From contig OZ219786.1 of assembly GCA_964291285.2 (NCBI GenBank), forward strand, positions 1,184,001 to 1,248,000: a stretch of DNA of 64,000 nucleotides, written 5' to 3'. The position numbers and the translations under genes are program-made. Positions 1-10,700 of this stretch are shown here, piece by piece. The DNA is from Alphaproteobacteria bacterium (GTDB lineage Bacteria > Pseudomonadota > Alphaproteobacteria > Bin95). Under the pieces are notes generated by a model. It did not search any database. It was not told the origin of the DNA and saw nothing but the letters and a program-made list of their open reading frames with translations. Each line of letters begins with the position of its first letter. Position 1 is the first letter of the stretch.

Positions 1-1060
1 CGTAGAGCTCGCCATCCTCGACCAGAAGCTTGACAGTCACGGACTGGCGCACCTCCTGCCAGGGCAGGCCCAGGAACACCTTCTCGAGCCGCGTCAGCCG
101 GCCCTTGGGCGTGCCCACCAGGTAGCGCACCGGCGCCTCGCCCTCGCGCATCGCGGCCAGCGTCTCCTCGGTGGGGATGCCGCGGTCCATGATCCACACC
201 CGCTCGGAGCGGCCATACTGATCCTCGATCTTCTTGAGGAACGCCGCCAGCGTGGTGTCGTCGGAGGTGTTGCCCGGCATCACCTCATAGGCCAGCGGAA
301 AGCCCTGCGGCGTAACGATCAGGGCGATCACCACCTGCACGCAGTCGGGCCGCTTGTCCCGGCTGTAGCCGAAGCGGCGCTTGTCATCGAACGGCGGATC
401 GCTCTCGAAGTAGGTCGAGGTCAGGTCGTAGAGCAGCACGTCGAAGCGCGCCTCGAACAGCGTCGCCCAGCGGTCGCGCAGAAACGAGAAGAAGCCCTGC
501 TTGTGCGCCAGCAGCTTGTCGAGACAGCGATAGAGTGTGTCGTCGGCGATCGCCCGCTCGCCACCCAGAAGATCGCGAAGCGCGCTGTGCTCATACCAGT
601 GACGGTGAAGGCGCCACTCGCTGCCCGGGTCGATCAGCCGGTAGCAGACCTGGATCTTCAGGATGTCCAGCCACCGCGTGCCTTGCCGGCTCGCCGGCAG
701 CCGCTCTTCCCAGAAGCGGTCCAGGTCCAGGCGGTCCCACAAGGACAGCGCCAGCCAGCACGCCCCCCACTGGCGCGGGTCGTGAAGCGCCACCTGCGAG
801 AGGTCGATCTTCACCACTTCGCAAGTCAGCGCCGGCGCCTCCCGGTCCTCGGGAAACAGCGCCATCTGCCGTGATCGCGACTTGCCCTCCACCACCTCGA
901 TCGAGCGGCACCACGCCGCTCGCTGGCTGTCGTTGATCTCCCCGAGATAGAGCACCTGACGCTGAACAACCCGACCGCCGTGGACCCGGACGTTCTCCAC
1001 AACGCTCCAGTAGCGGTGCTCCTTGCCGTCCTTGAAGCGTCTCTTGCAGCGCACGAACAT
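1..1060 (-). CDS. IS1634-family transposase (runs off window start)
   Basis: Manual minus-strand translation from ATG at 1060: MFVRCKRRFKDGKEHRYWSVVENVRVHGGRVVQRQVLYLGEIN...LYDLTSTYFE...FGYSRDKRPDC...MDRGIP; typical IS1634 motifs. Not in ORF track because the stop lies outside the window. Confidence 0.9.
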   Translation of the reverse strand, partial: MFVRCKRRFKDGKEHRYWSVVENVRVHGGRVVQRQVLYLGEINDSQRAAWCRSIEVVEGKSRSRQMALFPEDREAPALTCEVVKIDLSQVALHDPRQWGACWLALSLWDRLDLDRFWEERLPASRQGTRWLDILKIQVCYRLIDPGSEWRLHRHWYEHSALRDLLGGERAIADDTLYRCLDKLLAHKQGFFSFLRDRWATLFEARFDVLLYDLTSTYFESDPPFDDKRRFGYSRDKRPDCVQVVIALIVTPQGFPLAYEVMPGNTSDDTTLAAFLKKIEDQYGRSERVWIMDRGIPTEETLAAMREGEAPVRYLVGTPKGRLTRLEKVFLGLPWQEVRQSVTVKLLVEDGELY

Positions 1061-1212
1061 CAGCGCAGCGTCCGGATCTTCGCCAGCCCGATCAAGGGGG
1101 TAGGTCGGCACTACAAGCCGGTCCCGAGAGGTACTGCACCGAAATCCGACACTTCTCGCGCCGGAAAACCGTCAAATCAGTCGATTCTCAAGCCGAGTTG
1201 CGGAAGTCGGGC
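1..1212 (-). mobile_element. IS1634-family element, left end near 1212
   Basis: Transposase plus a likely terminus CCCGACTTCCGCAACTCGG (minus strand, ~1193-1212); the other end is not in the window. Confidence 0.65.
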
Positions 1213-1458
1213 TACCCGGGATGAGTTCCGTCCGGGCCGCCATCCCCATCCCTTGTATCTCGCTGCATAGCGATGGTTGCTATGGTTTCTGTGGCGGAAG
1301 CGGACGGACGGCAGACGCCGCGCCCGCCACACCACCGTGCGCACCTGTCGGTGCTAACCTGTTGATACAGCGATTGTTTTTCCTCGTGCAACAGCGGGTC
1401 GGGGGTGCAACTGCAACCGCAATGTGCCCCGCCTGCAAATGGATGCAGGAGGAAATCC

Positions 1459-2580
1459 ATGCCCAATGTCCGCCTCAAGGAAAGCCGGATCGAGGCCCTT
1501 GAACCCCGGAAGGCGCCCTACGATATCCGCGATACCGAACTGAAGGGCTTCGGTATCCGCGTCCTGCCTTCGGGCAGCAAGCGCTATTTCATTCACAGCC
1601 AGCATCAGGGCCGGCGCCTCTGGAAGACCGTCGGCGACGCTGGCAGCATGGACTTGGGCGAGGCCCGCCGGCGCGCAACGGAACTGCTTGCCGCCATCCG
1701 CCGCGACGAAACCCCCACCCTGCCGGAAGAGAGGCTCTTCGAAGCCGTGGCCGGGGAAGTCCTCTTCCGCTACGGGCGGAACTGGAAGCCCGGAACCATG
1801 AAGGTCAACCGGGACTATCTGCGCAGCACGATCCTTCCCCGGTTCGGCGGGATGAACATCGCCGACATCACCCGGCAGGATGTGCAGAACTGGTTCGCCT
1901 CCCTTCGCGCGACGCCGGTGGCGGCCGACCGGTCCGCGCCGATCCTGTCCGTCATCATGCGCCAGGCCGAGGTTTACGGCTACCGCCCGGAGGGCAGCAA
2001 TCCCTGCATCGGCATCCGCCGCTACCGGCGCAAGGGAAGGGAGCGGTTCCTGTCGGAGGCGGAGTTGCACCGTCTCGCACGAGTGCTGGACAGTAATGAA
2101 GCGCGGCATTCGCGCGAAGTGGCGTTCGTGCGCCTGCTGCTGCTGACCGGCTGCCGCAAGAGCGAGATACTGACCCTGCAATGGTCCGACTGCCGCGAGG
2201 GGCGCCTGTTCCTGCGCGACGGCAAGACCGGGCCCCGGACCGTCTGGCTGTCTTCGCCCGCGCGCACCGTCCTGGACGGGCTTCCCCGGCAGGGCAAATG
2301 GGTCTTCCCCTCGCCGCAGAGGCAGGGGCCGGTATCCGCAACCGTCTTCGACAAGTTCTGGAGCCGGGTCCGGGAGGAGGCGGACATTGGCGATGTCCGG
2401 CTTCATGATCTCCGCCATACATATGCCAGCATCGCCATCATGGGGGGCGAGACCGTCACGGCGACGGCGCGGCTGCTCGGGCACAACGACGCGCAGACGA
2501 CACTGAAATACGCCCACCTGTCCGACCGTTCGGTCCGGGAGGCCGCCGACGCTCTCGGCTCGATTCTCGGGGAGGGCTGA
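1459..2580 (+). CDS. Tyrosine recombinase/integrase with N-terminal arm-binding domain (copy 1)
   Basis: RBS AGGAGG; DTELKGFGIRVLPSGSKRY arm domain; catalytic TGCRKSE, KTG, HDLRH, LGH, KYAH. Confidence 0.93.
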   Translation: MPNVRLKESRIEALEPRKAPYDIRDTELKGFGIRVLPSGSKRYFIHSQHQGRRLWKTVGDAGSMDLGEARRRATELLAAIRRDETPTLPEERLFEAVAGEVLFRYGRNWKPGTMKVNRDYLRSTILPRFGGMNIADITRQDVQNWFASLRATPVAADRSAPILSVIMRQAEVYGYRPEGSNPCIGIRRYRRKGRERFLSEAELHRLARVLDSNEARHSREVAFVRLLLLTGCRKSEILTLQWSDCREGRLFLRDGKTGPRTVWLSSPARTVLDGLPRQGKWVFPSPQRQGPVSATVFDKFWSRVREEADIGDVRLHDLRHTYASIAIMGGETVTATARLLGHNDAQTTLKYAHLSDRSVREAADALGSILGEG

Positions 2581-2583
2581 TCC

Positions 2584-3750
2584 ATGCCGAGGCGGAAAAG
2601 GCTCACCGACGCCGGCATCGCAAGGCTCCGGGCCGGGGCGCGAGAATATACGGTCTGGGACACCGGGGTCGCCGGGCTCGGGGTCAGGGTCCGCCCCTCC
2701 GGCAGCCGGACCTTCATCTACCACCGCAAGACGGCCGACGGGTTGCGGAAGATGTCCCTCGGCCCGGCGGCGCTGCGCAAGGTCGCGGATGTGCGCCGCG
2801 CCTGCATGGAGGCCGCATCCGGGGCTGTCGCCGCCGTCGGGATAGTCGAACGTCCTCGCGAGAGGGCGCCGCTGTTCCGGGATTTCGTGGCTGGCCCCTG
2901 GAAGGCGGCCCGTTTCGACCGCTGCAAGCCCTCCACGCAGAAGGGATTCAAGAGCAATCTGGAGCGCCGGTTGCTTCCGGCCTTCGGTTCCCGGCGCCTC
3001 GACCGCATCACGCGCCCCATGGTGCTCCGCTGGTTCGAGGACTACAGCAGAACGGCGCCCGGCAACGCCAACAAGGCACTCGCCCTGCTGCGGCAGATCC
3101 TCAACCATGCCCGCGCCTGCGGGTATATCGAAGCCAACCCGGTGCGCGGCATCCGCCGCAATCCTGGCCGGAAGATGACGCGCTTCCTGTCCCGCGAGGA
3201 AATCGCCCGGCTTCACCGCGTCCTCGACCGGTATGCCCAAGGGACGGTCTCGCAGGCGCAGCAGGCCGACATCATCCGCCTGCTGCTGCTCACAGGCTGC
3301 CGCAAGAACGAGATCGTCTGTCTCCGCCGGGAGGAAGTGAGGGACGACCGGCTCGAACTTGCAGACGCCAAGACGGGACCGAGAACGGTCCTGCTGAACG
3401 CGCCGGCACGGGAGATCGTCGCGCGCCGGATGCGGCAGGGAAACGGCCCTTGGGTCTTCCCCTCCGTCAGGGACCCGTCCCGTCCCCGGTCGCACGAGCT
3501 CCACCTCTGGTATCGGGTGCGGCGCGAAGCCGGCATCGAGGATGTGCGCCTGCACGACCTGCGCCATACCGTGGCCAGCCAGGCGGCGATGAACGGCGTT
3601 CCCCTGCCGGTCGTCGCCCGCCTGCTCGGTCACAGCAACGTGCGGATGACCATGCGCTATGCCCATGTCGGAGACCGCGAGATCGAGGCGGCGGCGGAGA
3701 GGGTCGGGCAAGCCATCGCAGCAATGTTGGGCGAGGAACGAAGCCGCTGA
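2584..3750 (+). CDS. Tyrosine recombinase/integrase with N-terminal arm-binding domain (copy 2)
   Basis: WDTGVAGLGVRVRPSGSRTF; TGCRKNE, KTG, HDLRH, LGH, RYAH; starts 3 nt after copy 1. Confidence 0.93.
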   Translation: MPRRKRLTDAGIARLRAGAREYTVWDTGVAGLGVRVRPSGSRTFIYHRKTADGLRKMSLGPAALRKVADVRRACMEAASGAVAAVGIVERPRERAPLFRDFVAGPWKAARFDRCKPSTQKGFKSNLERRLLPAFGSRRLDRITRPMVLRWFEDYSRTAPGNANKALALLRQILNHARACGYIEANPVRGIRRNPGRKMTRFLSREEIARLHRVLDRYAQGTVSQAQQADIIRLLLLTGCRKNEIVCLRREEVRDDRLELADAKTGPRTVLLNAPAREIVARRMRQGNGPWVFPSVRDPSRPRSHELHLWYRVRREAGIEDVRLHDLRHTVASQAAMNGVPLPVVARLLGHSNVRMTMRYAHVGDREIEAAAERVGQAIAAMLGEERSR

Positions 3751-3819
3751 CCCGAAGCACGGCGGTACGGTGACACCATGAATCGCCTTAAAGTCCCCGC
3801 TGAACGGAAATACACCGGT

Positions 3820-4372
3820 GCGTCGGAATTGAAGGTGAGGCGTCGCAGTCGCAATTCATCGACCTGTGCCAGCTGCTCGGTGAGTCGACGCCGACCCGGC
3901 GGGCGAGTGGTGCTGCTTCGAGCGCGGCATGCGGAAGGACAGCGGCGACGACGGTTGGGCCGATGTGTGGAAGCGCGGCTGCTTCGCTTGGGAGTACAAG
4001 GGCAAGCACGCCGACCTCGACGCGGCGTTCAACCAGCTTCGCCAGTACGCGCTTGCGCTGGATAACCCGCCGCTGCTGATCGTCTCGGACATGGCGCGGT
4101 TCGACATCCACATCCGCACCAACTGGGCAAACAGCGTGAGCGTGACGCACGAGTTCGCACTCGACAACCTCGCCGAAGGCGCGACATTCCACCTCTACCG
4201 CGTGGAAATCGAGACGGTGCTCGACTGGTCGGAGACCGCCCGGTCGATCCTCGGTGCGCTGTTCGAGCACAGCCTCGGCCCGGACAAGCGCTCGCAACTC
4301 GGGGCGCACTACACCGACCGCGACAAGATAATGGCCATTGTCGAGCCGGTGGTGGTCCGACCGCTGCTCGCG
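3820..4372 (+). pseudogene. Remnant of MmeI-like type IIG restriction-modification enzyme
   Basis: Fragments SQFIDLCQLLGESTP / GWADVWKRGCFAWEYKGKH..LDAAFNQLRQYALALDNPPLLIVSD / ILGALFEHSLGPDKRSQLGAHYTDRDKIMAIVEPVV; frameshifts, internal deletion, no methyltransferase motifs follow. Confidence 0.8.
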
Positions 4373-4373
4373 C

Positions 4374-4700
4374 ATCATCAGCGTCATGCTGCCGGTGGCC
4401 TTGGTTCTGGCGGCGATGCTGACGGCGGCAGCGCGGGCTGTTGCGGGACAACAGCCCAGGGCGCCTGTCGTCCAGGCTCGGCTACCTGTCGGTTGCGGCT
4501 TGCGCGGCCCTGCTGGTCCGGACGGTGGACCTGTTCGAGATCATCGCGCTGGCGTCGCGGGCCTTCGCGGCCTACTATTTTCTGCATACGCTGCTGGCGC
4601 TCGTCTGCACCTACAGGGGAAGGTCACCAACGGGATCCTGTTCGCCGCTGGCGGCGATCCTAGCCTGCATGGCCGTATCACGCCATCCCGGCCAGCTGAC
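4374..4700 (+). pseudogene. Fragment of a membrane transporter-like gene
   Basis: Hydrophobic pieces in shifting frames (VMLPVALVLAAMLTAA; LFEIIALASRAFAAYYFLHTLLALVC); no intact ORF. Confidence 0.45.
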
Positions 4701-4757
4701 GGCGCACTCAAGGTCGAAGGTATTGCAGAGTGGGAGCATAGGAGGGAGGAAGGAGCC

Positions 4758-7700
4758 TTGCCAAACAGCAATCCCGACATCGAAACATCGGGCGAGCATA
4801 CCGAGCCTGCGGTCGTAACGCTCCGCCATCGCGCGTTGCAGCGCGTCAACTTTGCTTCGGCACAGAACGATGTCGCGATTATAGAGGAAATCAGTATCGA
4901 TAATCCAACCGATGCAGCGCTCACCGACGTCAGGGTCACCCTTCGGGCTTCCCCTCCCATCATCCGCGAAAAGACCTGGACAATCGATCGGATCGCGCCT
5001 GAATCACAACATGCGCTGCGCGACCTTTCCACCCCGCTCGACATAGAACGGCTGCGGGGCCTCGACGAGGCGGAAATCGGCGAACTCGAATTCCGCATGG
5101 AGGCGCAGGGACTTCGGACGATTGTCGAGAAGCGCCGGGTCGAGTTGCTTGCCCGCGATGAATGGGGTGGCGTGGGAGACATGGCTCAGATCCTCGCAGC
5201 CTTCGTCTCTCCGAATGATCCTGCCGTAGCCCGTGTCCTGAAGGATGCCGCACGTCTGCTGGAGAGCGCAGGCCGCGACGGTTCAATGAACGGTTACCAG
5301 TCGGGCGACCCGCGCCGCGCTTACATGCTCGCTGGCGCGATCTGGTCGGCGGCTACTGGCCTCGCGCTGAATTATGCCGAGCCGCCGGCATCCTTCGAGA
5401 GAGAAGGCCAGAAGGTCAGGGGGCCGGAACGCGTTACCCGCGAGGGTCTCGCCACCTGTCTGGACACAACGCTCTTCCTTGCCGCGGCCTTTGAGGCGGC
5501 AGGTCTCAACCCCGTCGTTCTCTTTTCGCAGGGCCATGCGTGGGTCGGAGTCTGGATCGTCAAGAAGGATTTCGGCAATTTGACGGAGCCCGATGTGGTT
5601 GCCGTCCGCAAGGCCACGCAGGCTCGCGAGTTTGTTTCTATCGAGACGTCGCTGCTCACCGCACGCCCCTCCATTTCATTCGATCAGGCGGAGGATGAGG
5701 GCCGTCGTCGTCTCACCGAGAAACGCGATCCCGAGTTCGTGATGGCTGTGGATATCGCCCGGTGTCGTGCCGCGCGCATTCGTCCTCTCGCAAGCCACCA
5801 GGACGCGGATTCCTCCGAATCCGATGCGATCGACGAGACCGTTCCCGCAGCACTACCGCCAGAACCGAACTTCGGGTCGCTCCCGGGCGAAGTCAGTGAA
5901 GAGGAACCCGAGACGCCTCAGGGTCGCATCGAGCGGTGGCAACGCAAGCTTCTTGATCTCTCGCTCCGCAACCGTCTCCTCAACTACCGTGACAGCAAGC
6001 AAACGCTTCCCTTGCGCTGTCCGGACACGGCCGCCTTCGAAGACGAACTCGCCGCTGGAAAGAAGTTTCAGGGATTTTCCCTGCAAGACAACGACCCGAT
6101 CCGCGATCGGGCAGTCTCCCCGGAGGAAGCACAGCGAATCGAGGAAGAAGTCATACGGGATGCCTTCGAACGCGATCAGATCGTGGTGCCACTCGCCGGG
6201 CGGGAGATGGAAAACCGACTGACCACGCTCTACCGCCGCGCACGGAGCGACATGCAAGAGGGCGGTACGAATACGCTTTTTCTTGCCGCGGGGTTTCTCC
6301 GATGGAAGAAAAAGGAGGGCGATACCCGCTCCTATCGGGCGCCTCTTCTACTCATTCCTGTCAAGCTAGAGCGCCGATCTGCGCAATCTCCGGTTCGCAT
6401 CGCGCGCCACGAGGACGACGTCCGAATCAACTCGACTCTGGTCGAGTTCCTGAAATGCGACTTTGCCCTCCACATCCCGGAACTTGAGGGTGAACTGCCA
6501 CGCGATCGCAGCGGGGTCGACGTCCCGCGAATACTTGGAATCATGCGCCAGAAGGTACGTGACGTCGCGGGTTTCGAGGTGATCGAAGAACTTGCGCTTT
6601 CGACCTTTTCGTTCGCGAAGCATCTCATGTGGAAGGATCTGGTCGACCGCACAGACCAGCTTCGGCAGAATCGGCTGGCAAAACATCTTATAGACGGTGC
6701 CGCAGAGACTTACCCAGATATGGGTATGGGAGATGGTTCTTCCATTGTGCCGAAGGAGATAGATCGTCGGCTCGCGCCGCGGGATCTGCTGACCCCTTTG
6801 TCCGCGGACAGTTCGCAACTCGCAGCTGTGCTGGCTGCCAGGGAAGGCCGTGATTTTGTGCTTGTCGGTCCTCCGGGCACGGGAAAGAGCCAGACCATCA
6901 CAAACATCATCGCGCAGTGTCTGGGCGAGGGAAAAACCGTGCTTTTCGTTGCTGAAAAAGCGGCGGCGCTCGATGTAGTCCACCGCCGGCTCGAGAGAAC
7001 GGGGCTCAGCGACGCCGTGCTGGAACTGCACTCGAACAAGACGGATCGGAAGTCCGTCCTCGCACAACTCGGACGGGGATGGGATCGGGCTTCGGGCGGT
7101 TCGGGAGAAGATTGGATCGACGTGACCGAAAAGCTGAAGCTCTCCCGGGACAAGTTGAACGCCTACGTCGAGGCACTTCATGCCAAAGGAACACAGGGGT
7201 TCAGCGCGTTCGACGCGATCGCTCTGGTCGCTCAGGGTGAGCCGCCTTTCAAAATCTCCTTCGCGTCCAAGGATGCGCACGACGAGCGGAGTTACAAGCG
7301 CTTGGCGGAGCTTGCTGCTGAGCTTGGGCGGACGCACGGGGTGGTTGGGGGCGGCCCTCCTATCGGGCTGGTTGTCCGCCAGGAATTCTCCAACCTATGG
7401 CAAAGAGAATTCCTGGAAGCCACCCAGTCCCTGCGAGCGGCGCTCGCCGAACTGCAACGCGCAGAGCGTGCACTGGCTTGTGAAATTGGACTTTACGCGG
7501 ACCTCAAACTTCAAGCAGAACGCCGCGCGCGGCTCAAGGCACTCGCGTCTCGCGCAGAGAGCGAAGCACTTGATCTCTCATCCGTACCGAACATGCCGGC
7601 CGACCGCCTGTCTTCCTTAGCGGAGGAATTGACAACGAATGTCAAGGGGTTGGCTACCGAAAGCACTAAAACAATTGCCACATATCCGCTTGACGCGGTA

Positions 7701-10700
7701 CGCCGCATGCCGCTTGAGCAATTGGATTCAGGTTGGCGCGAAGCTCAAACGAAGATATGGCCGGCCTCCGCATTTGCGAAGAGAAAAATCCGGAAACTCT
7801 TGCAGACCTACGCTGAGACCGGAGCGGTTGATCCAGGTACGGACTTGAAGGCACTCTTCAAAATGCGCGAGCGCGACACAGCGATCCAGGAGAGCCCCTT
7901 GGTATCAATCGCGGAGACCGGCGGGCGAACGGATACAAACCGTTCGACCGAAGCCGTTCGTCAAGCAATTGAACTTCGTGCCGCTCTGGCGGCTCTGAGT
8001 TTGGACGTCGAAGACTCGACTCGTTTCGAGGCGGCGACCTCTGCCCTTGCTACCGGATCGGGCGAAACCGTTCTGAAAGCACTTCAAGACTATCTGAAGG
8101 CAGAGAAGGCGGCTGACGACGGCACCCACACGTTTGTGCGCAAGGACGGCATATCCCTTGATGGGGCAAGCGTTGCCGACTTCGCCGCCGGCCTTGAAAT
8201 GGTGATGGCAGAACGGACACGTCTCCAAGACTGGACCAAGTGGATAAAGCGAAGCAACGAAGGTTCGGCCGCAGGTCTCGGTTCCTTCGTCAAAGCCCTC
8301 GAAGACAGACAAATCGAGGGGGATGCCGAACACGCATTCAAACGAGCATACGCAGCCTGGTGGCTCCCCCTTGCAATGGATGCGCGTGACGAGCTTCGGG
8401 GGTTCACGCAATGGGAACACGAGCGGGTCATAGAGACCTTTCGCAAACTCGACGAAACTGCGGCAGAACTGGCACCGGTCGAGGTGATGCGGCGTATCGT
8501 GCATGGGTTGCCCGTGAAGGAGAGCGTCCCCAAGAAATCTGAACTCGGGACACTCCGCCACCAGTTGAGCCTTGAGCGCCCCTCCCTGCCAATTCGGCAG
8601 CTTCTGACGAGCCTCCCCGAAACATTCGGGAAACTCGCGCCGTGCGTTCTGATGTCTCCGCTTTCGGTGGCCCAATATCTGCCGACGCACCAAGCCAGCT
8701 TCGATATAGTCATCTTTGACGAGGCTTCGCAGATCACAACTTGGGATGCAATTGGCGCGATAGCGCGAGGTCGTCAGACGATCATCGTGGGCGACTCCAA
8801 GCAGCTGCCTCCCACGAACTTCTTTGGGCGAGCCAATGACGATGACGAAGATCTGCCGGAAGTTGAGCGCGACATGCCTTCGATTCTCGATGAAGCCGGT
8901 GCCGCTGGAATGCCCTCCCATAGTCTCAATTGGCACTATCGAAGCCGCGATGAGGCATTGATCGCCTTTTCCAACAACCGCTATTACGACGGCAGATTGG
9001 TAACCTTCCCGGCCCCGTTCTCTGGTTCAGATGCAATCAGGTTCCATAAAGTGAACGGCACATATACGCGGGGACAGGGCCGTATCAACCAAGACGAAGC
9101 GGAGGCCGTAGCCAAGGCGGTGAAGCGGCATCTCACGGATTGGCTTACAATCCCAAAAGACAAACGTCATACACTCGGGGTCATCACCTTCAATGCCGAG
9201 CAGCAGTCGCTCATTCTGGATATGCTCGACGACATCCGTCGGAACAACGAGGCGTTTGAGTGGTTCTTCGCCGATGATCGCGAGGAACCGGTCATCGTCA
9301 AGAATCTCGAGAACATCCAAGGGGACGAGCGCGACGTGATGATGCTCTCAGTGACGTTTGGGCCCGATCTCGCCGGCAAGTTTACCATGAACTTCGGACC
9401 GATCAACGGGGAGGGCGGAGAAAAGCGCCTCAATGTTGCGGTCACCCGTGCCCGGCGAGAGCTCCACGTGTTTTCCTCGATCCGGGCTGAGCAGATCGAT
9501 CTTGGACGCACCCGTGCTGCAGGAGTGCGCGACCTGAAGGCGTTTCTTGATTATGCCGAGCGTGGACCTATGGCGCTTCCTGCGAGTGACGAGGGGTCGC
9601 TCGGTCCTGCCGAGAGCCCCTTTGAGAAAGCAGTGGCGGATGCCCTCGGTGCCAAGGGGTGGGAAGTTCGAACCCAAATCGGCGTGTCCGGTTTCCGCGT
9701 AGACCTCGGCATCTTGCACCCCGACTATGCCGGCAGATACCTCGCCGGCATCGAGTGCGATGGGGCGAGATATCACTCCTCGGCAACCGCCCGCGACCGG
9801 GACAGGATTCGGCAAGCCGTGCTGGAAGACCTGGGCTGGACGATTCTCCGGGTTTGGTCGACCGACTGGTTTCATAGTCCATCGCGTGTCACGGACCGCA
9901 TTCACTGTGAACTCGTACAACGCGTTGAGGAGAACCGACAGGCTCGGGCAACGGTCGAAGTGGACGAACAAACGACAGAAGCCGAATTGAGCGAGAATTC
10001 GGGCGATAGCGCGGAGATAGTCCTGAGTGCTTTGCCCGAACCCACGCACAATCTGGTCGCGAAGGAACAGGATACGGACGGCACCCGAAAAGAAGAACCC
10101 TTACATCCCATTGGCAACCTTGATGGAAACCCAGACACGGCCCATTTATCCGCTTCGAAAGCCAGCAGCGGCGAGAACGCTATACCAATTACCGTCGCGC
10201 CAATCTTTCAGGCAGCGCCCGGTACAGCGTCAGGTCCCTCTTTTGCAGAGTCTTCCACGGGTACGCATCAGGACGATGTCATTGCGGATGCTGATCTGTT
10301 CTTCGATTCAAATTACGTTCCGGTTCTGCACCGGCTCATCCGCCGCATAGTCGATCACGAGGGACCGATCACGCTGCATCGGCTGGCCCGCCGGGTGGCG
10401 CAAGAGCACGGATGGCATCGAACCGGAAAGCGTATTCAGGAGCAGGTGCGGAAACACCTCCGATCTGTAGAGCGTCACCGCGAGTTCGGCACCGACTTTG
10501 TCTGGGTGCCCGGGAGCCACTCCGACCGAGTGCCGTTCCGGGGGCTGAATGGTCGCCCGATCCGGGAGATTTCCCGAACAGAGATCGCTGCGGTCATCGA
10601 TACACACGCGCATGATTTGGCGAACGAAGAAGATGCAATTTTAGCGCTTTCCCGTTTCCTCGGCATTCAACGGCTTAGCAAGGATGCACGCAACTATCTT

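Noticed and set aside
1354-3711. 785-aa minus-strand ORF
   Set aside because: Antisense shadow of the two integrases in high-GC DNA; no recognisable motifs.
4338-4757. N-terminal 140 aa of the 2137-aa ORF
   Set aside because: Overlaps pseudogene fragments; a strong RBS with TTG at 4758 is the better start.
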